Source: Bdellovibrionales bacterium
GTDB lineage: Bacteria > Bdellovibrionota > Bdellovibrionia > Bdellovibrionales > UBA1609
Length of the DNA stretch: 64,000 nt
Assembly (NCBI GenBank): GCA_965199825.1
Contig: OZ241329.1
Span: forward strand, 2,710,539 to 2,774,538
Direction of reading: 5' to 3'
Under the pieces are notes generated by a model, which worked only from the letters and a program-made list of their open reading frames with translations, was not told the DNA's origin and searched no databases. The translations under genes and the position numbers were made by a program. Positions within the stretch are counted from its first letter, which is position 1. Each line of letters begins with the position of its first letter. This document shows positions 45,446-55,933 of the stretch, one piece after another.

Positions 45446-47341
45446 TTACTTCACGTCTTTAAAATCGGCATCAATCACATCATCGTTTTTTTCTGATGAC
45501 GAGTCGGCCTGAGGGGCACCTTGAGATTCGGCACCTTTACTCTTTTGTTTTTCATAGAGCGAGCTGCTGAAGCTATGGCTGACTGCTGTTAAAGCATCAA
45601 CACCCGATTTGAGTTCTGCAGCCGAGGCTGAAGTGTTGCTCAAAACCGTTTTTGCTGCGGCAACTGCATCTTCGAGTTTTTTCTTTTCTGAAGCATCGAT
45701 GTCTTTGTTATCGGTGACCAATTTTTCACACTGATAAACCAAATTGTCGAGGTTGTTACGGGCCGAAACCGTTTCGCGTTTGGCTTTATCTTCATCTGCA
45801 TGAGACTCAGCATCGCGAACCATGTTCTTAATTTCGTCCTCGTTGAGACCCGATTTTGCGGTGATCTTAATGGCCTGCTCTTTACCTGTTCCAAGATCTT
45901 TGGCAGTCACATTCAAAATACCGTTGGCATCGATATCAAAAGTCACTTCGACCTGGGGCACACCACGAGGTGCTGGTGGAATTCCCATCAACTCAAATCG
46001 GCCAAGCGATTTGTTATCGGTGGACATCTCGCGCTCCCCTTGAACCACATGCACATCAACACTGGTTTGATTATCGGCAGCGGTTGAAAAGATTTGCGAT
46101 TTGCGGGTTGGAATTGTGGTGTTGCGATCGATCAGTTTGGTCATCACTCCGCCAAGAGTTTCGATCCCGAGTGAAAGTGGAGTCACATCTAATAAAAGAA
46201 CATCTTTGACATCGCCCGCAAGCACTCCGCCTTGGACTGCTGCGCCGACTGCAACCACTTCATCTGGATTGACCGAGCGGTTTGGCTCTTTACCAAAAAA
46301 TTCTTTAACCGCTTTGGCCACTGCAGGAATCCGTGTGGATCCACCAACCAAAACCACTTCATCAATATCAGCGGCACTCAAGCCCGCATCTTTGATCGCT
46401 TTGCGGCAAGGCTCGATTGAGCGTTTGATTAAGTCCTCGGTCATTTGCTCAAATTTTGCCCGAGTGAGTTTGACATTTAAATGTTTGGGACCCGATGCAT
46501 CGGCGGTCACAAATGGCAAATTGATTTCGGTTTCCATGGTGGAACTCAACTCAATTTTTGCTTTTTCGGCGGCTTCTTTTAAACGCTGCAAAGCCATTTT
46601 GTCGGTTTTTAAATCAATGCCCTGATCTTTTTTAAATTCTTCGATCAACCACTGAAGGATTTTTGTATCAAAGTTGTCACCACCCAAATGGGTGTCACCG
46701 TTTGTGGCTTTGACTTCGACCACATTGTCGCCCACTTCGAGAATAGAAATATCAAATGTTCCACCCCCAAAATCATAGATCGCAATTTTTTGGTCTTTTT
46801 TCTTATCCATGCCGTAAGCGAGAGCTGCGGCTGTTGGCTCGTTGATGATGCGTTTAACATCGAGACCGGCAATACGGCCCGCATCTTTGGTGGCTTGTCG
46901 TTGAGCATCGTTAAAATAAGCGGGTACCGTAATGACCGCTTCTTTCACTTCGTGACCTAAATAATCTTCGGCAACTTTTTTGAGTTTTCCCAAAATCGCA
47001 GCAGAGACTTCTTCAGGAGAAACTGTTTTGCCTTGAGCTTCAAAAGCGCAGTCATTTCCCTTACCAATAACTTTGTAAGGAACGAGTTGAATCTCTTCTT
47101 TCACTTCATCAAATCGGCGACCCACAAATCGCTTTGCCGAATAAATTGTGTTTTCAGGATTGGTCACGGCCTGACGTTTTGCAATTTGACCTACAAGGCG
47201 TTGGCCATCTTTGGTGTAAGCCACAACCGAAGGAGTGGTTCTTGCCCCTTCTTCGTTGACGATGACTTTTGCTTCGCCGCCTTCCATCACTGCCACAACA
47301 GAATTTGTGGTTCCTAAATCAATACCAATTATCTTTGCCAT
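45446..47341 (-). CDS. dnaK: Molecular chaperone DnaK (Hsp70)
   Basis: [28 protein letters not shown] and a full-length Hsp70 architecture. Confidence 0.97.
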   Translation of the reverse strand: MAKIIGIDLGTTNSVVAVMEGGEAKVIVNEEGARTTPSVVAYTKDGQRLVGQIAKRQAVTNPENTIYSAKRFVGRRFDEVKEEIQLVPYKVIGKGNDCAFEAQGKTVSPEEVSAAILGKLKKVAEDYLGHEVKEAVITVPAYFNDAQRQATKDAGRIAGLDVKRIINEPTAAALAYGMDKKKDQKIAIYDFGGGTFDISILEVGDNVVEVKATNGDTHLGGDNFDTKILQWLIEEFKKDQGIDLKTDKMALQRLKEAAEKAKIELSSTMETEINLPFVTADASGPKHLNVKLTRAKFEQMTEDLIKRSIEPCRKAIKDAGLSAADIDEVVLVGGSTRIPAVAKAVKEFFGKEPNRSVNPDEVVAVGAAVQGGVLAGDVKDVLLLDVTPLSLGIETLGGVMTKLIDRNTTIPTRKSQIFSTAADNQTSVDVHVVQGEREMSTDNKSLGRFELMGIPPAPRGVPQVEVTFDIDANGILNVTAKDLGTGKEQAIKITAKSGLNEDEIKNMVRDAESHADEDKAKRETVSARNNLDNLVYQCEKLVTDNKDIDASEKKKLEDAVAAAKTVLSNTSASAAELKSGVDALTAVSHSFSSSLYEKQKSKGAESQGAPQADSSSEKNDDVIDADFKDVK

Positions 47342-47381
47342 ATTTAAAAATCTCCCTATCGTTGGAATGTATTCAACCGTA

Positions 47382-47411
47382 AATGTGGGTAGAGGATCGG
47401 GCTCGTCAAGG
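47382..47411 (-). promoter_or_regulatory. Sigma-32 (RpoH)-like heat-shock promoter for dnaK
   Basis: The minus strand reads CCTTGAC-N15-CCCACATTT, in the dnaJ-dnaK spacer about 40 nt before the dnaK ATG. Confidence 0.5.
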
Positions 47412-47419
47412 CCAACCCT

Positions 47420-48517
47420 TTAAGGTCGGTTAAAAAACCCTTTTTTTTCGGCTAAGACCGTCTCACCTTTAGACTGAGCAATTTCTCTCAGTTTTATTTC
47501 CTCATCTTTGGTCAGTTTTTTGGGAAACTTGACCTGCACTTCAAATATCAGATCACCCGGCCTGCCGGTCCTGAGAGAGGGGACACCTTGACCCGCAATC
47601 TTGAGCCACTCGCCATGTTGAATGCCTCGGGGCACCTCGATGCGGTCCTCACCTTTCAGGGTTTCGACCTCAATGTCGGCACCGAGTAAGGCTTGAAGGT
47701 AAGACACCTCAAGGGGTGCATAAAGATTGGATTCGCGGCGGGTAAAGATCGGATGCTGCTCCACCTGAATCTCAACATAGAGATCGCCCGGCGGGCCTTT
47801 GCGCCGCCCGATTTCACCCTCACCGTTGAGTCGCAACTGAGTGCCGGTATCTACCCCTTTTGGAACATTCACCGCCAATTTCTTTTTGGTCAAAACGCGG
47901 CCTGAGCCTTCACATTTTGAACACGGATTGCTGGTGACGGTGCCTTCGCCGTGGCAAGTAGGACATGGGGCTGCCATTTGAAAAAATCCTTGAGACCGGA
48001 CCACTTGACCCCGCCCCTTACAAGTGTCGCAAGTTTTGGGTGGAGACTTATCTTTTGAACCTGTGCCGTCACAGGTTTTACAATCGGCTTCGGTTTGAAA
48101 TTCAATATCCTTTTGCACACCCTCAAGCACATCTTTGAGCTGGATGCCCAAGCGATAGCGCAAGTCCGCTCCACGTGTTGCCCGATTGGGATCGCGTGAT
48201 CGACTGCCTCGGCCGCCACCAAAAAAATCGCCAAAGATATCGCCAAAGGCCTCAAACACATCGGACACGTCGTGCATGCCGCCACTGCCCGCACCCTCGA
48301 TCCCTGCCATGCCGAAGCGATCATAGCGCTCGCGCTTGTCTTTATTGCCCAGGACTTCGTAGGCGCGCGCGGCGATTTTAAATTTTTCTTCGGCCTCGGC
48401 ATTACCAGGATTTTTATCAGGATGATGAAGCATCGCCAATTTGCGGTAGGCTTTTTTAATCGTGTCTTGATCGGCATCGCGTGCGACGCCTAAAACTTCG
48501 TAAAGGTCTTGATTCAT
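47420..48517 (-). CDS. dnaJ: Co-chaperone DnaJ (Hsp40)
   Basis: J-domain HPDKN, a G/F region, and four CxxCxGxG zinc-finger repeats ([32 protein letters not shown]). Confidence 0.95.
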   Translation of the reverse strand: MNQDLYEVLGVARDADQDTIKKAYRKLAMLHHPDKNPGNAEAEEKFKIAARAYEVLGNKDKRERYDRFGMAGIEGAGSGGMHDVSDVFEAFGDIFGDFFGGGRGSRSRDPNRATRGADLRYRLGIQLKDVLEGVQKDIEFQTEADCKTCDGTGSKDKSPPKTCDTCKGRGQVVRSQGFFQMAAPCPTCHGEGTVTSNPCSKCEGSGRVLTKKKLAVNVPKGVDTGTQLRLNGEGEIGRRKGPPGDLYVEIQVEQHPIFTRRESNLYAPLEVSYLQALLGADIEVETLKGEDRIEVPRGIQHGEWLKIAGQGVPSLRTGRPGDLIFEVQVKFPKKLTKDEEIKLREIAQSKGETVLAEKKGFFNRP

Positions 48518-48550
48518 AAATTGAAAAATAGAGTTAAGCGATTTTAAACG

Positions 48551-49312
48551 TCAAGGATGAAGAAGAGCGCGAAGCGCTTTGATTCGTTGAGCGAGGTCTA
48601 ATTTGGCATTGGGGTTATCGGTTTTTTGATAAAGATCTTCTAACAATGGCAGTGCAATGGCCGCTTGGCCCGATTGTGAAAAGAGCCGTGCGGCCAGCGA
48701 ATTGACCCAAGCCGGAGCCCCATTTTCGCCCGCCTGCTTGAGCAGTTCTGCAGCCCGGGTAAAATCCTTGCGATCAAAAAGCGAGTTGTAGGCCGCGCGA
48801 TAAGCAATCGACCAATTGTGGGGCAAGTTTTTTACACCCCTTTCAAACAGCAGATGGGCCCCCTCGAAATCATCCATCAAAACGCTAAGAGCCGTGGCAC
48901 CCAAGGAATAAATCACCTCAAAGCGAGGCGAAAGACGGGTAGATGCGTCCATCATTTGAAAGGCCCAGCCCCTTGAACATTCTCCCCTACGGGTTTGGGT
49001 TTTTTGTAGGGCATGGGCGACCACGGGATCAATATTTTGTGTGGAAGAGGGTTCATCGTGGGGTTTGAGTGAATCCGAAATGTTTTTTGGCAACTCACCC
49101 ATAATATTGCAAGTTTCAAGATTCTGAATCGTCCTGAGCCAAATTGAATCGGCCATAATGTCGTTGTAGCCAAAGGTAAGGTGCTCAATATTTTCAACCG
49201 GCGGCGGGACTAAGCGAATATTGATGGGTTTGGATTGGATAATCTGATTGAGCTGTTGGTTGCTAAAAAAAACTACACTTAAAGAAATAAGAATGCCCGC
49301 AATAAATCGCAT
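48551..49312 (-). CDS. Hypothetical TPR-like protein with an N-terminal anchor
   Basis: N-terminal hydrophobic helix and helical-repeat character in the C-terminal half. Confidence 0.5.
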   Translation of the reverse strand: MRFIAGILISLSVVFFSNQQLNQIIQSKPINIRLVPPPVENIEHLTFGYNDIMADSIWLRTIQNLETCNIMGELPKNISDSLKPHDEPSSTQNIDPVVAHALQKTQTRRGECSRGWAFQMMDASTRLSPRFEVIYSLGATALSVLMDDFEGAHLLFERGVKNLPHNWSIAYRAAYNSLFDRKDFTRAAELLKQAGENGAPAWVNSLAARLFSQSGQAAIALPLLEDLYQKTDNPNAKLDLAQRIKALRALLHP

Positions 49313-49343
49313 GATCTGATCTTAAAGAAGATCCAAAAAAAAA

Positions 49344-49368
49344 GGCAATGCCGAAGCATCGCCTTTTT
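49344..49368. terminator. Intrinsic terminator after the pilin gene (bidirectional shape)
   Basis: GGCAATGC-CGAA-GCATCGCC hairpin, flanked by an A-run upstream and a T-run downstream. Confidence 0.6.
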
Positions 49369-49394
49369 GTTTTAAAGTTTTTAAGCTTTATGAA

Positions 49395-49961
49395 TTAGAT
49401 ATCTGATTGCTGGTTAAAAATTCTTTTGTTGTCATCAACAATCCAAATATCCATCGTCGCATCACCATCGATGTCGCCGATAGCCTCAGCTACGAAATTG
49501 GTATTTGTCGCGTCTAACGCTCCAAGGGTAGCTCCTGTAGGCGCAATAAATGCTGTTGGAGCGACTGGGGTGTTAATAACCGCACAACCTGCAACAGGTG
49601 CGGCGATTGTTCCACAAACTGCGGCCACTTTCGTACTTACATTAGCTGCAACAACAGCAGAGCCTGTATAGTTCGCAGGCTGTGTTGCAGTACTAGCTGC
49701 TGCAAAGCCATGATCAAAACGAAATTGACCCGTTGGCGCATACCCAATACCCTGAAACGCACCCCAAAATTGCTGATACTCCGCCTGGAAAGCACGCTCA
49801 GCACTGTAAATTGCAGATAAATCCGCTTTGGCCTCAGCCTGGCGCGATTTTGCCTGAAACTTTGTGAAATTCGGAATTGCAATCGCTGCAAGAATACCGA
49901 TGATTGCAACCACAATCATCAATTCAATCAGCGAAAAACCTTTATTATTTAGTCTCTTCAT
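49395..49961 (-). CDS. pilA: Type IVa pilin (PilA-like)
   Basis: Prepilin leader and methylation site MKRLNNKG/FSLIELMIVVAIIGILAAIAIPNF, with Glu at position +5. Confidence 0.9.
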   Translation of the reverse strand: MKRLNNKGFSLIELMIVVAIIGILAAIAIPNFTKFQAKSRQAEAKADLSAIYSAERAFQAEYQQFWGAFQGIGYAPTGQFRFDHGFAAASTATQPANYTGSAVVAANVSTKVAAVCGTIAAPVAGCAVINTPVAPTAFIAPTGATLGALDATNTNFVAEAIGDIDGDATMDIWIVDDNKRIFNQQSDI

Positions 49962-50155
49962 TTATTCCCCTCATACGTTCGTTAGTTATGTTCCTCTGAT
50001 ATTGTCTTTCGTCTTGGCGTTTCACACAAGACAGATTTTATTTATCTAAACCTGAGACGAAATTTTAGTCTCAAAGTCGAGCATCGATTCTTAACTTGAA
50101 ACAGTAAGGGCTAGACCAAAGTGAGAAATTTTCTAAAAATTTAATTTTTGGTGGT

Positions 50156-50184
50156 CTTGCCCAATTTTAAATTGAACCCACAAT
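50156..50184 (+). promoter_or_regulatory. Sigma-32-like promoter candidate for clpS-clpA-htpX
   Basis: CTTGCC-N15-CCCACAAT, with the same architecture and near-identical -10 element as the dnaK candidate. It lies about 100 nt upstream of clpS. Confidence 0.4.
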
Positions 50185-50286
50185 AAACCTGTTGGTTTTT
50201 AATAATAATTTGAGACGTTCGAAGTTGATGCGTGCTGTTATTAGGGAGACCTTTTCATTTCTGTGCTCATTTGGGACATTAAGAGT

Positions 50287-50631
50287 ATGAACGATTTAAT
50301 TGTGAATTCTTCCGAAACCGAAATTGAAGGCCTAACCATTACAGAACCAAAAGCCAAGGTCACTCGGCCTTCGCTTTATAAAGTCATTTTGTTGAATGAT
50401 GATTTTACTCCAATGGATTTTGTGATCTTGGTATTAAAAAAGTTTTTTGGCAAAGCCGAGGCTGAGGCGAGCCAAATCATGCTTGAGGTTCATCAAAGAG
50501 GCAGTGGACTTGCTGGGCTTTTTACTTTCGAAGTGGCCGAAACAAAAAGTTACCTGGTGAATGAGTACTCCAAAAATCACCATCATCCCCTCAAATGCAT
50601 TATCGAAAAAGAAGAAGGTTTAAATGCTTGA
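50287..50631 (+). CDS. clpS: ATP-dependent Clp protease adaptor ClpS
   Basis: LYKVILLNDDFTPMDFVILVLKKFF core. An alternative GTG start exists at 50263. Confidence 0.9.
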   Translation: MNDLIVNSSETEIEGLTITEPKAKVTRPSLYKVILLNDDFTPMDFVILVLKKFFGKAEAEASQIMLEVHQRGSGLAGLFTFEVAETKSYLVNEYSKNHHHPLKCIIEKEEGLNA

Positions 50632-52885
50632 TCCAAAACTTGAAAGATCGCTGAACTTTGCAGTGGAGTGGGCGCGCAATAAACATTTTGAGTTTGTGAG
50701 TCTTGAACATGTTCTGTGGGCTTTATCGAGCAAAGACGACGAGGCTCGAAAAATTTTATCGGCGTGTGGTGTGGACTTAAGTTCTTTGGTTCGTGAAATT
50801 GAAGATTTCGTCAATCGCCAACATCCAAAAGTTGAAAAATCGGTTTACTCTTCAGATCCCGAATGGCGGCCCGAATTGACCATGGCCTTTCATCGTCTGC
50901 TTCAGCGCGCGGCCTTTCAGGTTCAGAGTGCGGGGAAACGATCGGTCAGTGCCGGAAATGTTTTGGTCGCAATTTTTGCCGAAGAAGAATCCCCAGCCCG
51001 CTTTTTTTTAGAAAGCCGTGGAGTCACCCAGTTTGATATTGTCAAATTTCTCTCGCACGGCACGCCCCGATTTCCAGCACCCAAAGACACTCCAGAATAT
51101 GCGATGGATGGGCTTCCTAAAGATGAGCAAAAATCTCGAGCGCTTGATCTTTTTGCCACAAACCTCAACCAAAAAGTAAAAGATAAAAAAACCGATCCCC
51201 TCATCGGCCGAATCGATGTGATCGAAAGAACGATTCAAGTCCTCGGCCGTCGAACAAAAAATAATCCCCTCTTTATTGGTGAAGCCGGTGTGGGAAAAAC
51301 CGCCATTGCCGATGGTCTTGCCGCAAAAATTGTTGAGGGTGAGGTTCCTGAATCTTTAAAAGATGGTGTTGTTTACTCTCTCGATATGGGGGCTTTGCTT
51401 GCGGGCACCAAATACCGCGGCGATTTTGAAGAGCGAATCAAAGCGGTCATTGGGGAATTAAAAAACGAAGCTCATCCGATTTTGTTTATTGATGAGATTC
51501 ACACCTTGGTCGGAGCTGGCGGAACGAGTGGCGGTGCGATGGATGCCTCAAATTTACTTAAGCCCTTGCTGACCGATGGGTCGCTGGCGTGCATGGGATC
51601 GACCACCTACAAAGAGTATCGCAATCATTTTGAAAAAGATCGCGCGCTGGCTCGCCGCTTTCAAAAAATTGATGTGCGAGAGCCTTCAATCGATGAGGCC
51701 ATTCAAATTCTTGAAGGATTAAAAACAGCTTATGAAAAACATCATCGGGTCAAATACAGCAAAGGTGCTTTAACCGCAGCGGTTGAGCTTTCGGCCAAAC
51801 ACATTCATGGTCGGCAGCTTCCAGACAAAGCCATCGATGTGATTGATGAGGCCGGCGCAGCCCTTCGCATGCGCATGGGGGCTGGCGAAGACATCAAAAC
51901 AATTGATGTGGCCGATATCGAAAAAATTGTGGCAAGTATTGCCCAAATTCCACCAAAGAGTGTGACCCAATCGGATCGTGATCGTTTAAAAACTTTAACC
52001 GCCGATTTAAAATCGGTAATTTTTGGTCAGGATTCAGCAGTTGAAAAAGTGGTTTCATCGATAAAACTTTCGCGCACCGGTCTATCGCGCGAGGCCAAAC
52101 CCATAGGCAGTTATTTGTTTGCGGGTCCAACCGGTGTGGGTAAAACCGAGGTGGCAAAACAGCTGTCTCAACTTTTGGGAATTTCATTTTTGCGCTTTGA
52201 TATGAGCGAATATATGGAAAAGCATGCGGTCAGTCGCTTGGTAGGAGCACCTCCGGGATACGTGGGGTTTGAAGAGGGTGGACTTTTAACAGAAAGCATT
52301 TCTAAAACTCCTCATGCGGTTTTACTGATGGACGAAATCGAAAAGGCCCATCCGGATCTGATTAATATTTTACTCCAGGTGATGGACTCAGGACGGCTCA
52401 CCGACTCCAACGGAAAAACGGTTGATTTTAATAATGTGATTTTGATTATGACCAGCAACGCCGGAGCGCACGAAGCGGCTAAAGGTGGCTTAGGGATTAA
52501 TCCTAATTCGGGCTCTGCGATTTCGCTTGAGGAGATAAAGAAGAATTTTCGCCCAGAGTTTATTAACCGTTTAGATGCGGTGGTTGAATTCGGCAACTTA
52601 TCAAAAGATATTTTGATTCAGGTTTTGCACAAATTTGTGGGTGAGCTTAAAAATCAATTGCTCATTAAAAAAATCAATCTTGAATTGGATGAGGATGTTT
52701 ATGATTGGCTTTTTGAAAAGGGTCATGATCCAAGCTATGGAGCAAGGCCATTTGCGCGAGTTGTCGATGAGTACTTAAAGCGCCCCATGGTCGACGAAAT
52801 TCTTTTTGGTCAAATTCAAAACGGTGGGGCCGTTCAAGTTTCGGTCTCTGATAAACAGCTTTTATTTAAATATCAAGGAATCTAA
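50624..52885 (+). CDS. clpA: ATP-dependent Clp protease ATP-binding subunit ClpA
   Basis: Clp N-domain and two AAA+ modules ([16 protein letters not shown]). It overlaps clpS by 8 nt. Confidence 0.95.
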   Translation: MLDPKLERSLNFAVEWARNKHFEFVSLEHVLWALSSKDDEARKILSACGVDLSSLVREIEDFVNRQHPKVEKSVYSSDPEWRPELTMAFHRLLQRAAFQVQSAGKRSVSAGNVLVAIFAEEESPARFFLESRGVTQFDIVKFLSHGTPRFPAPKDTPEYAMDGLPKDEQKSRALDLFATNLNQKVKDKKTDPLIGRIDVIERTIQVLGRRTKNNPLFIGEAGVGKTAIADGLAAKIVEGEVPESLKDGVVYSLDMGALLAGTKYRGDFEERIKAVIGELKNEAHPILFIDEIHTLVGAGGTSGGAMDASNLLKPLLTDGSLACMGSTTYKEYRNHFEKDRALARRFQKIDVREPSIDEAIQILEGLKTAYEKHHRVKYSKGALTAAVELSAKHIHGRQLPDKAIDVIDEAGAALRMRMGAGEDIKTIDVADIEKIVASIAQIPPKSVTQSDRDRLKTLTADLKSVIFGQDSAVEKVVSSIKLSRTGLSREAKPIGSYLFAGPTGVGKTEVAKQLSQLLGISFLRFDMSEYMEKHAVSRLVGAPPGYVGFEEGGLLTESISKTPHAVLLMDEIEKAHPDLINILLQVMDSGRLTDSNGKTVDFNNVILIMTSNAGAHEAAKGGLGINPNSGSAISLEEIKKNFRPEFINRLDAVVEFGNLSKDILIQVLHKFVGELKNQLLIKKINLELDEDVYDWLFEKGHDPSYGARPFARVVDEYLKRPMVDEILFGQIQNGGAVQVSVSDKQLLFKYQGI

Positions 52886-52893
52886 AAAACATC

Positions 52894-53778
52894 ATGTTTC
52901 AAATTTCTAAACGAGTTTTACTTTATATATTGGTCAATTTGCTCGTCATGGCCACGGTCTCACTGAGTTTTGCTTTGATTTCGGCCTTTGTGCCGCTGCC
53001 ACCATTCCTACTCGGTGGGCTTGTTTTGTATTGTACCCTTTTTGGTTTTGGTGGCGCACTCATTTCCCTGATGCTCTCCCGAGTGATGGCCAAATGGTCA
53101 ATGGGTGTTCGAGTGATTGATTCCAAAACTGCCTTCGGGCGCGATCTCGAATTGGTTGAGACCGTTCATCGTTTGAGCCAAAAAGCCAACCTCTCCGTGA
53201 TGCCCGAGGTTGGAATTTATGAGAGCACCGAGGTGAATGCCTTTGCAACCGGACCTAGCAAATCGCGAAGTCTCGTCGCAGTTTCCTCGGGTCTTTTGGC
53301 AAAGATGGATCATGCACAACTCGAAGGGGTGTTGGGGCATGAGATTGGGCATATTACCAATGGCGATATGGTGACCATGACGCTGCTTCAGGGAATTATT
53401 AATTCGGTGGTGATGATTCTTGCCCGACTGATTGCGGGTCAAGTTTCGGGGCAAGTCGAAGAGCGGTCGCGGTTTTGGGTGCGGTCCCTTTTGATTTTTG
53501 GGTTAGATATGATTTTGAGTTTGCTCGGATCTTTGGTGGTTTTTTATTTTTCGCGCCGGCGTGAGTTCAGAGCAGATTTTTGGGGAGCAAAATTGGCGGG
53601 TCGAGGTCAAATGATCTCGGCACTTCAGGCTTTATCCCATGCCCTTCCTGATGAAGAAATTGACCGAACTTTTGGAACATTAAAAATCTCTGAGCCTCGA
53701 CAAAACATAGCAAGATTGTTTATGAGTCATCCGCCATTAGAAGAACGCATTGCAGCCTTAGAAAAACTGACCCATTAA
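52894..53778 (+). CDS. htpX: Membrane zinc protease HtpX
   Basis: M48 HEIGHITNGD motif, four TM segments, and a C-terminal SHPPLEERI. Confidence 0.9.
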   Translation: MFQISKRVLLYILVNLLVMATVSLSFALISAFVPLPPFLLGGLVLYCTLFGFGGALISLMLSRVMAKWSMGVRVIDSKTAFGRDLELVETVHRLSQKANLSVMPEVGIYESTEVNAFATGPSKSRSLVAVSSGLLAKMDHAQLEGVLGHEIGHITNGDMVTMTLLQGIINSVVMILARLIAGQVSGQVEERSRFWVRSLLIFGLDMILSLLGSLVVFYFSRRREFRADFWGAKLAGRGQMISALQALSHALPDEEIDRTFGTLKISEPRQNIARLFMSHPPLEERIAALEKLTH

Positions 53779-53840
53779 TTTCGATTTCTGGGCTAGCAAA
53801 GGTCTGGACACAGCCCCCCTCCAATGCGAGCGCTCAAGAT

Positions 53841-55826
53841 TTGGCGCATAATAAAAAGATGAATGCTTTTGCCATCGTGCTTGCCCTCTTTATTATTATT
53901 TCGGCGTGTACCCACGGCCGCATCAATGAAGATATTGATGAAAAAACCTTGGATGCCAAAACCCATTGGTCCACCAATTATCTCAAAGCCCAGACCGAAC
54001 ATTCATGCGCCCTTTTTACCGAGCTTTCCTTAGATAAACGATTTCCACTCCATCAAGTGGCTTATCTTCATGCTATCGAAACCTGCGACATCTATCCGTT
54101 AGTGCAAGAGGTTGAGCCTGCTCTCAAAGATTTCGAAAAAGAGGTCCAACTCAAGAGAGCAATTAAAATCAATGATCTTCATCTCCAAACCCAACTGCTT
54201 CTTGAAAAAACCCGGCAGAATCTTCCAGCACAAAAAAGAATCGAATTGCTCCATGAGGTTTTGCGGCTTGCGGAGCTGACCCAAAACAAAAAAGCACTTG
54301 ATGAAGCACAAAAGCGACTGTTTCGCTTATCGCCAAAACTCAATCCCGAAGCGGATCCCTTATCGAATGCCGAGGATTTGAAAAAGCATCGCGATTATTC
54401 AAAAGCGATTACTGTTTACAATCAACTTCTTGCTGATTCAAAAAATCCGCAACGCTTGCAGGCCCTAAAGGGTTTAAGACAAACCTATAAATTGATGCAC
54501 GACAAAGCAAAGGTTCTACAAATTTCAAAAGAAATGGTCGTATTTGCCAACAAAAAACTAAAACCTAAAAATCTCGAGGCCTTTCACAATACGATGCTTG
54601 ATGTGGCTCGAGTGTACTGGACTTACGGGCAAGGTTTGGAGGCCGAAAAACTTTTGAGTCCTTTGAAAATTTCTGATGCCTATCTTGTGCGTGGGCGGAT
54701 TGCCGAAGAAAAAAATGATTTTGTTCACGCTCACGAATTTTATTCGAAAGCATTGGAATTTAAAAACTCAAACAGCAACAAAGCCCGATTGATGTGGCTG
54801 AGTGGTTGGGTTCAAAGAAAACTGGGAAAGTTCACTGAAGCGGCACTTCAATTTGAGCAGCTTAAAATCTTTGCTGATCAAGCTTTCTTTAAAAATCGGG
54901 CAAGTTTTTGGCTGGCTGAGAGCCTTAAGGCTTCGGGCGACAACTCCAAATCCACCGAAGAGTTCACAACCCTCGCTCAACAAGATAAGTTTGGTTATTA
55001 TGGACTGCTTGCGGCTAGGGCACTAAAAAAACCAATCGCCCGGCCAAAACCATTAGAACTCCGGTCTGAGAACTTTAAAGATCTTCATAAAAAACTGGAT
55101 TGGCTCTACAACCTCAACGAGTCCGCCCTGGTTAAAAAATATTTAGATGTGTATGCCGAAAACTTGCGAGCAAAAAATACTGCGGATGCCATGATATGGA
55201 TGGAGCTCTTTAACCAATACCTTCGTGCACAAGACTTTACCGCGATGAATGAGCAACTCTTGAAGCTCGCACCAGCTCTTCGAGCAGAGATCACCGAAAA
55301 AGATCCAGAGCTGATGTTTCCAACTCCTTATAAAGAAATTGTGGCCAAGGCTTCTACCCGTTTTGGTGTGACCAAAGAATTGATTTACTCAATCATGCGT
55401 CAAGAATCTTCATTTGATCCAAACGTCAGATCCTCGGCCGATGCATTGGGATTGATGCAGCTGCTACCAGAAGTGGCCAAAAACTTTTCTGATCAAGTGG
55501 GATTTAAAAATGCAGAAGATCTGTTTGATCCCAAGGTCAATATTCAAGCCGGTGCGGCCTATCTGAAGCAGCTGCTCTTTCATTATCAAGGGCAATTTGT
55601 TTTGGTTGCGGCAAACTACAACACCGCTGAGGAAGCGATTCAATCTTGGTTTGTCACTCGCTATCACGGCGACACTTTAGAATTTATCGAAGACATTCCC
55701 TATGAAGAAACGCGGGGCTATATTCGTCTCGTAATGAGAAATTTAATTGTCTATTCATTAAAAAACAGCACCAAGGATGAAATCGATTTTCCTGAATGGG
55801 TGCTAAGCCTAACGTCAAATTCTTAG
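53841..55826 (+). CDS. Soluble lytic murein transglycosylase (Slt70-like) lipoprotein
   Basis: Lipobox IISAC, a superhelical TPR-like N-terminal region, and the C-terminal SLT catalytic motif IMRQESSFDPNVRSSADALGLMQL. Confidence 0.85.
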   Translation: MAHNKKMNAFAIVLALFIIISACTHGRINEDIDEKTLDAKTHWSTNYLKAQTEHSCALFTELSLDKRFPLHQVAYLHAIETCDIYPLVQEVEPALKDFEKEVQLKRAIKINDLHLQTQLLLEKTRQNLPAQKRIELLHEVLRLAELTQNKKALDEAQKRLFRLSPKLNPEADPLSNAEDLKKHRDYSKAITVYNQLLADSKNPQRLQALKGLRQTYKLMHDKAKVLQISKEMVVFANKKLKPKNLEAFHNTMLDVARVYWTYGQGLEAEKLLSPLKISDAYLVRGRIAEEKNDFVHAHEFYSKALEFKNSNSNKARLMWLSGWVQRKLGKFTEAALQFEQLKIFADQAFFKNRASFWLAESLKASGDNSKSTEEFTTLAQQDKFGYYGLLAARALKKPIARPKPLELRSENFKDLHKKLDWLYNLNESALVKKYLDVYAENLRAKNTADAMIWMELFNQYLRAQDFTAMNEQLLKLAPALRAEITEKDPELMFPTPYKEIVAKASTRFGVTKELIYSIMRQESSFDPNVRSSADALGLMQLLPEVAKNFSDQVGFKNAEDLFDPKVNIQAGAAYLKQLLFHYQGQFVLVAANYNTAEEAIQSWFVTRYHGDTLEFIEDIPYEETRGYIRLVMRNLIVYSLKNSTKDEIDFPEWVLSLTSNS

Positions 55827-55933
55827 GCACTAGTTCAGATTGTTCGCGCATCAGTTCAAGATTCTCCAATAGTTTCAAGCCAACAACTTAGGTCTGTTGA
55901 TTGCTCTTAAAAGGCTTAAGGGAGAACACCACA

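Noticed and set aside
45640-48493. Large antisense or shadow ORFs inside dnaK and dnaJ (for example 46101..46625+ at 174 aa and 47890..48477- at 195 aa)
   Set aside because: They lie entirely within highly conserved chaperone genes, in another frame or on the other strand. Their translations are low-complexity (Ala/Arg/Ser-rich), typical of shadow ORFs.
47342-48550. CIRCE/HrcA operator near dnaJ or dnaK
   Set aside because: No TTAGCACTC-N9-GAGTGCTAA-like inverted repeat is present in the spacers. A sigma-32-like promoter is the better fit.
49962-50150. Sigma-54 promoter upstream of the pilin gene
   Set aside because: No GG-N10-GC element with flanking TGGCAC/TTGC similarity is present on the minus strand. 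Only short 5-6 bp hairpins were seen in the leader.
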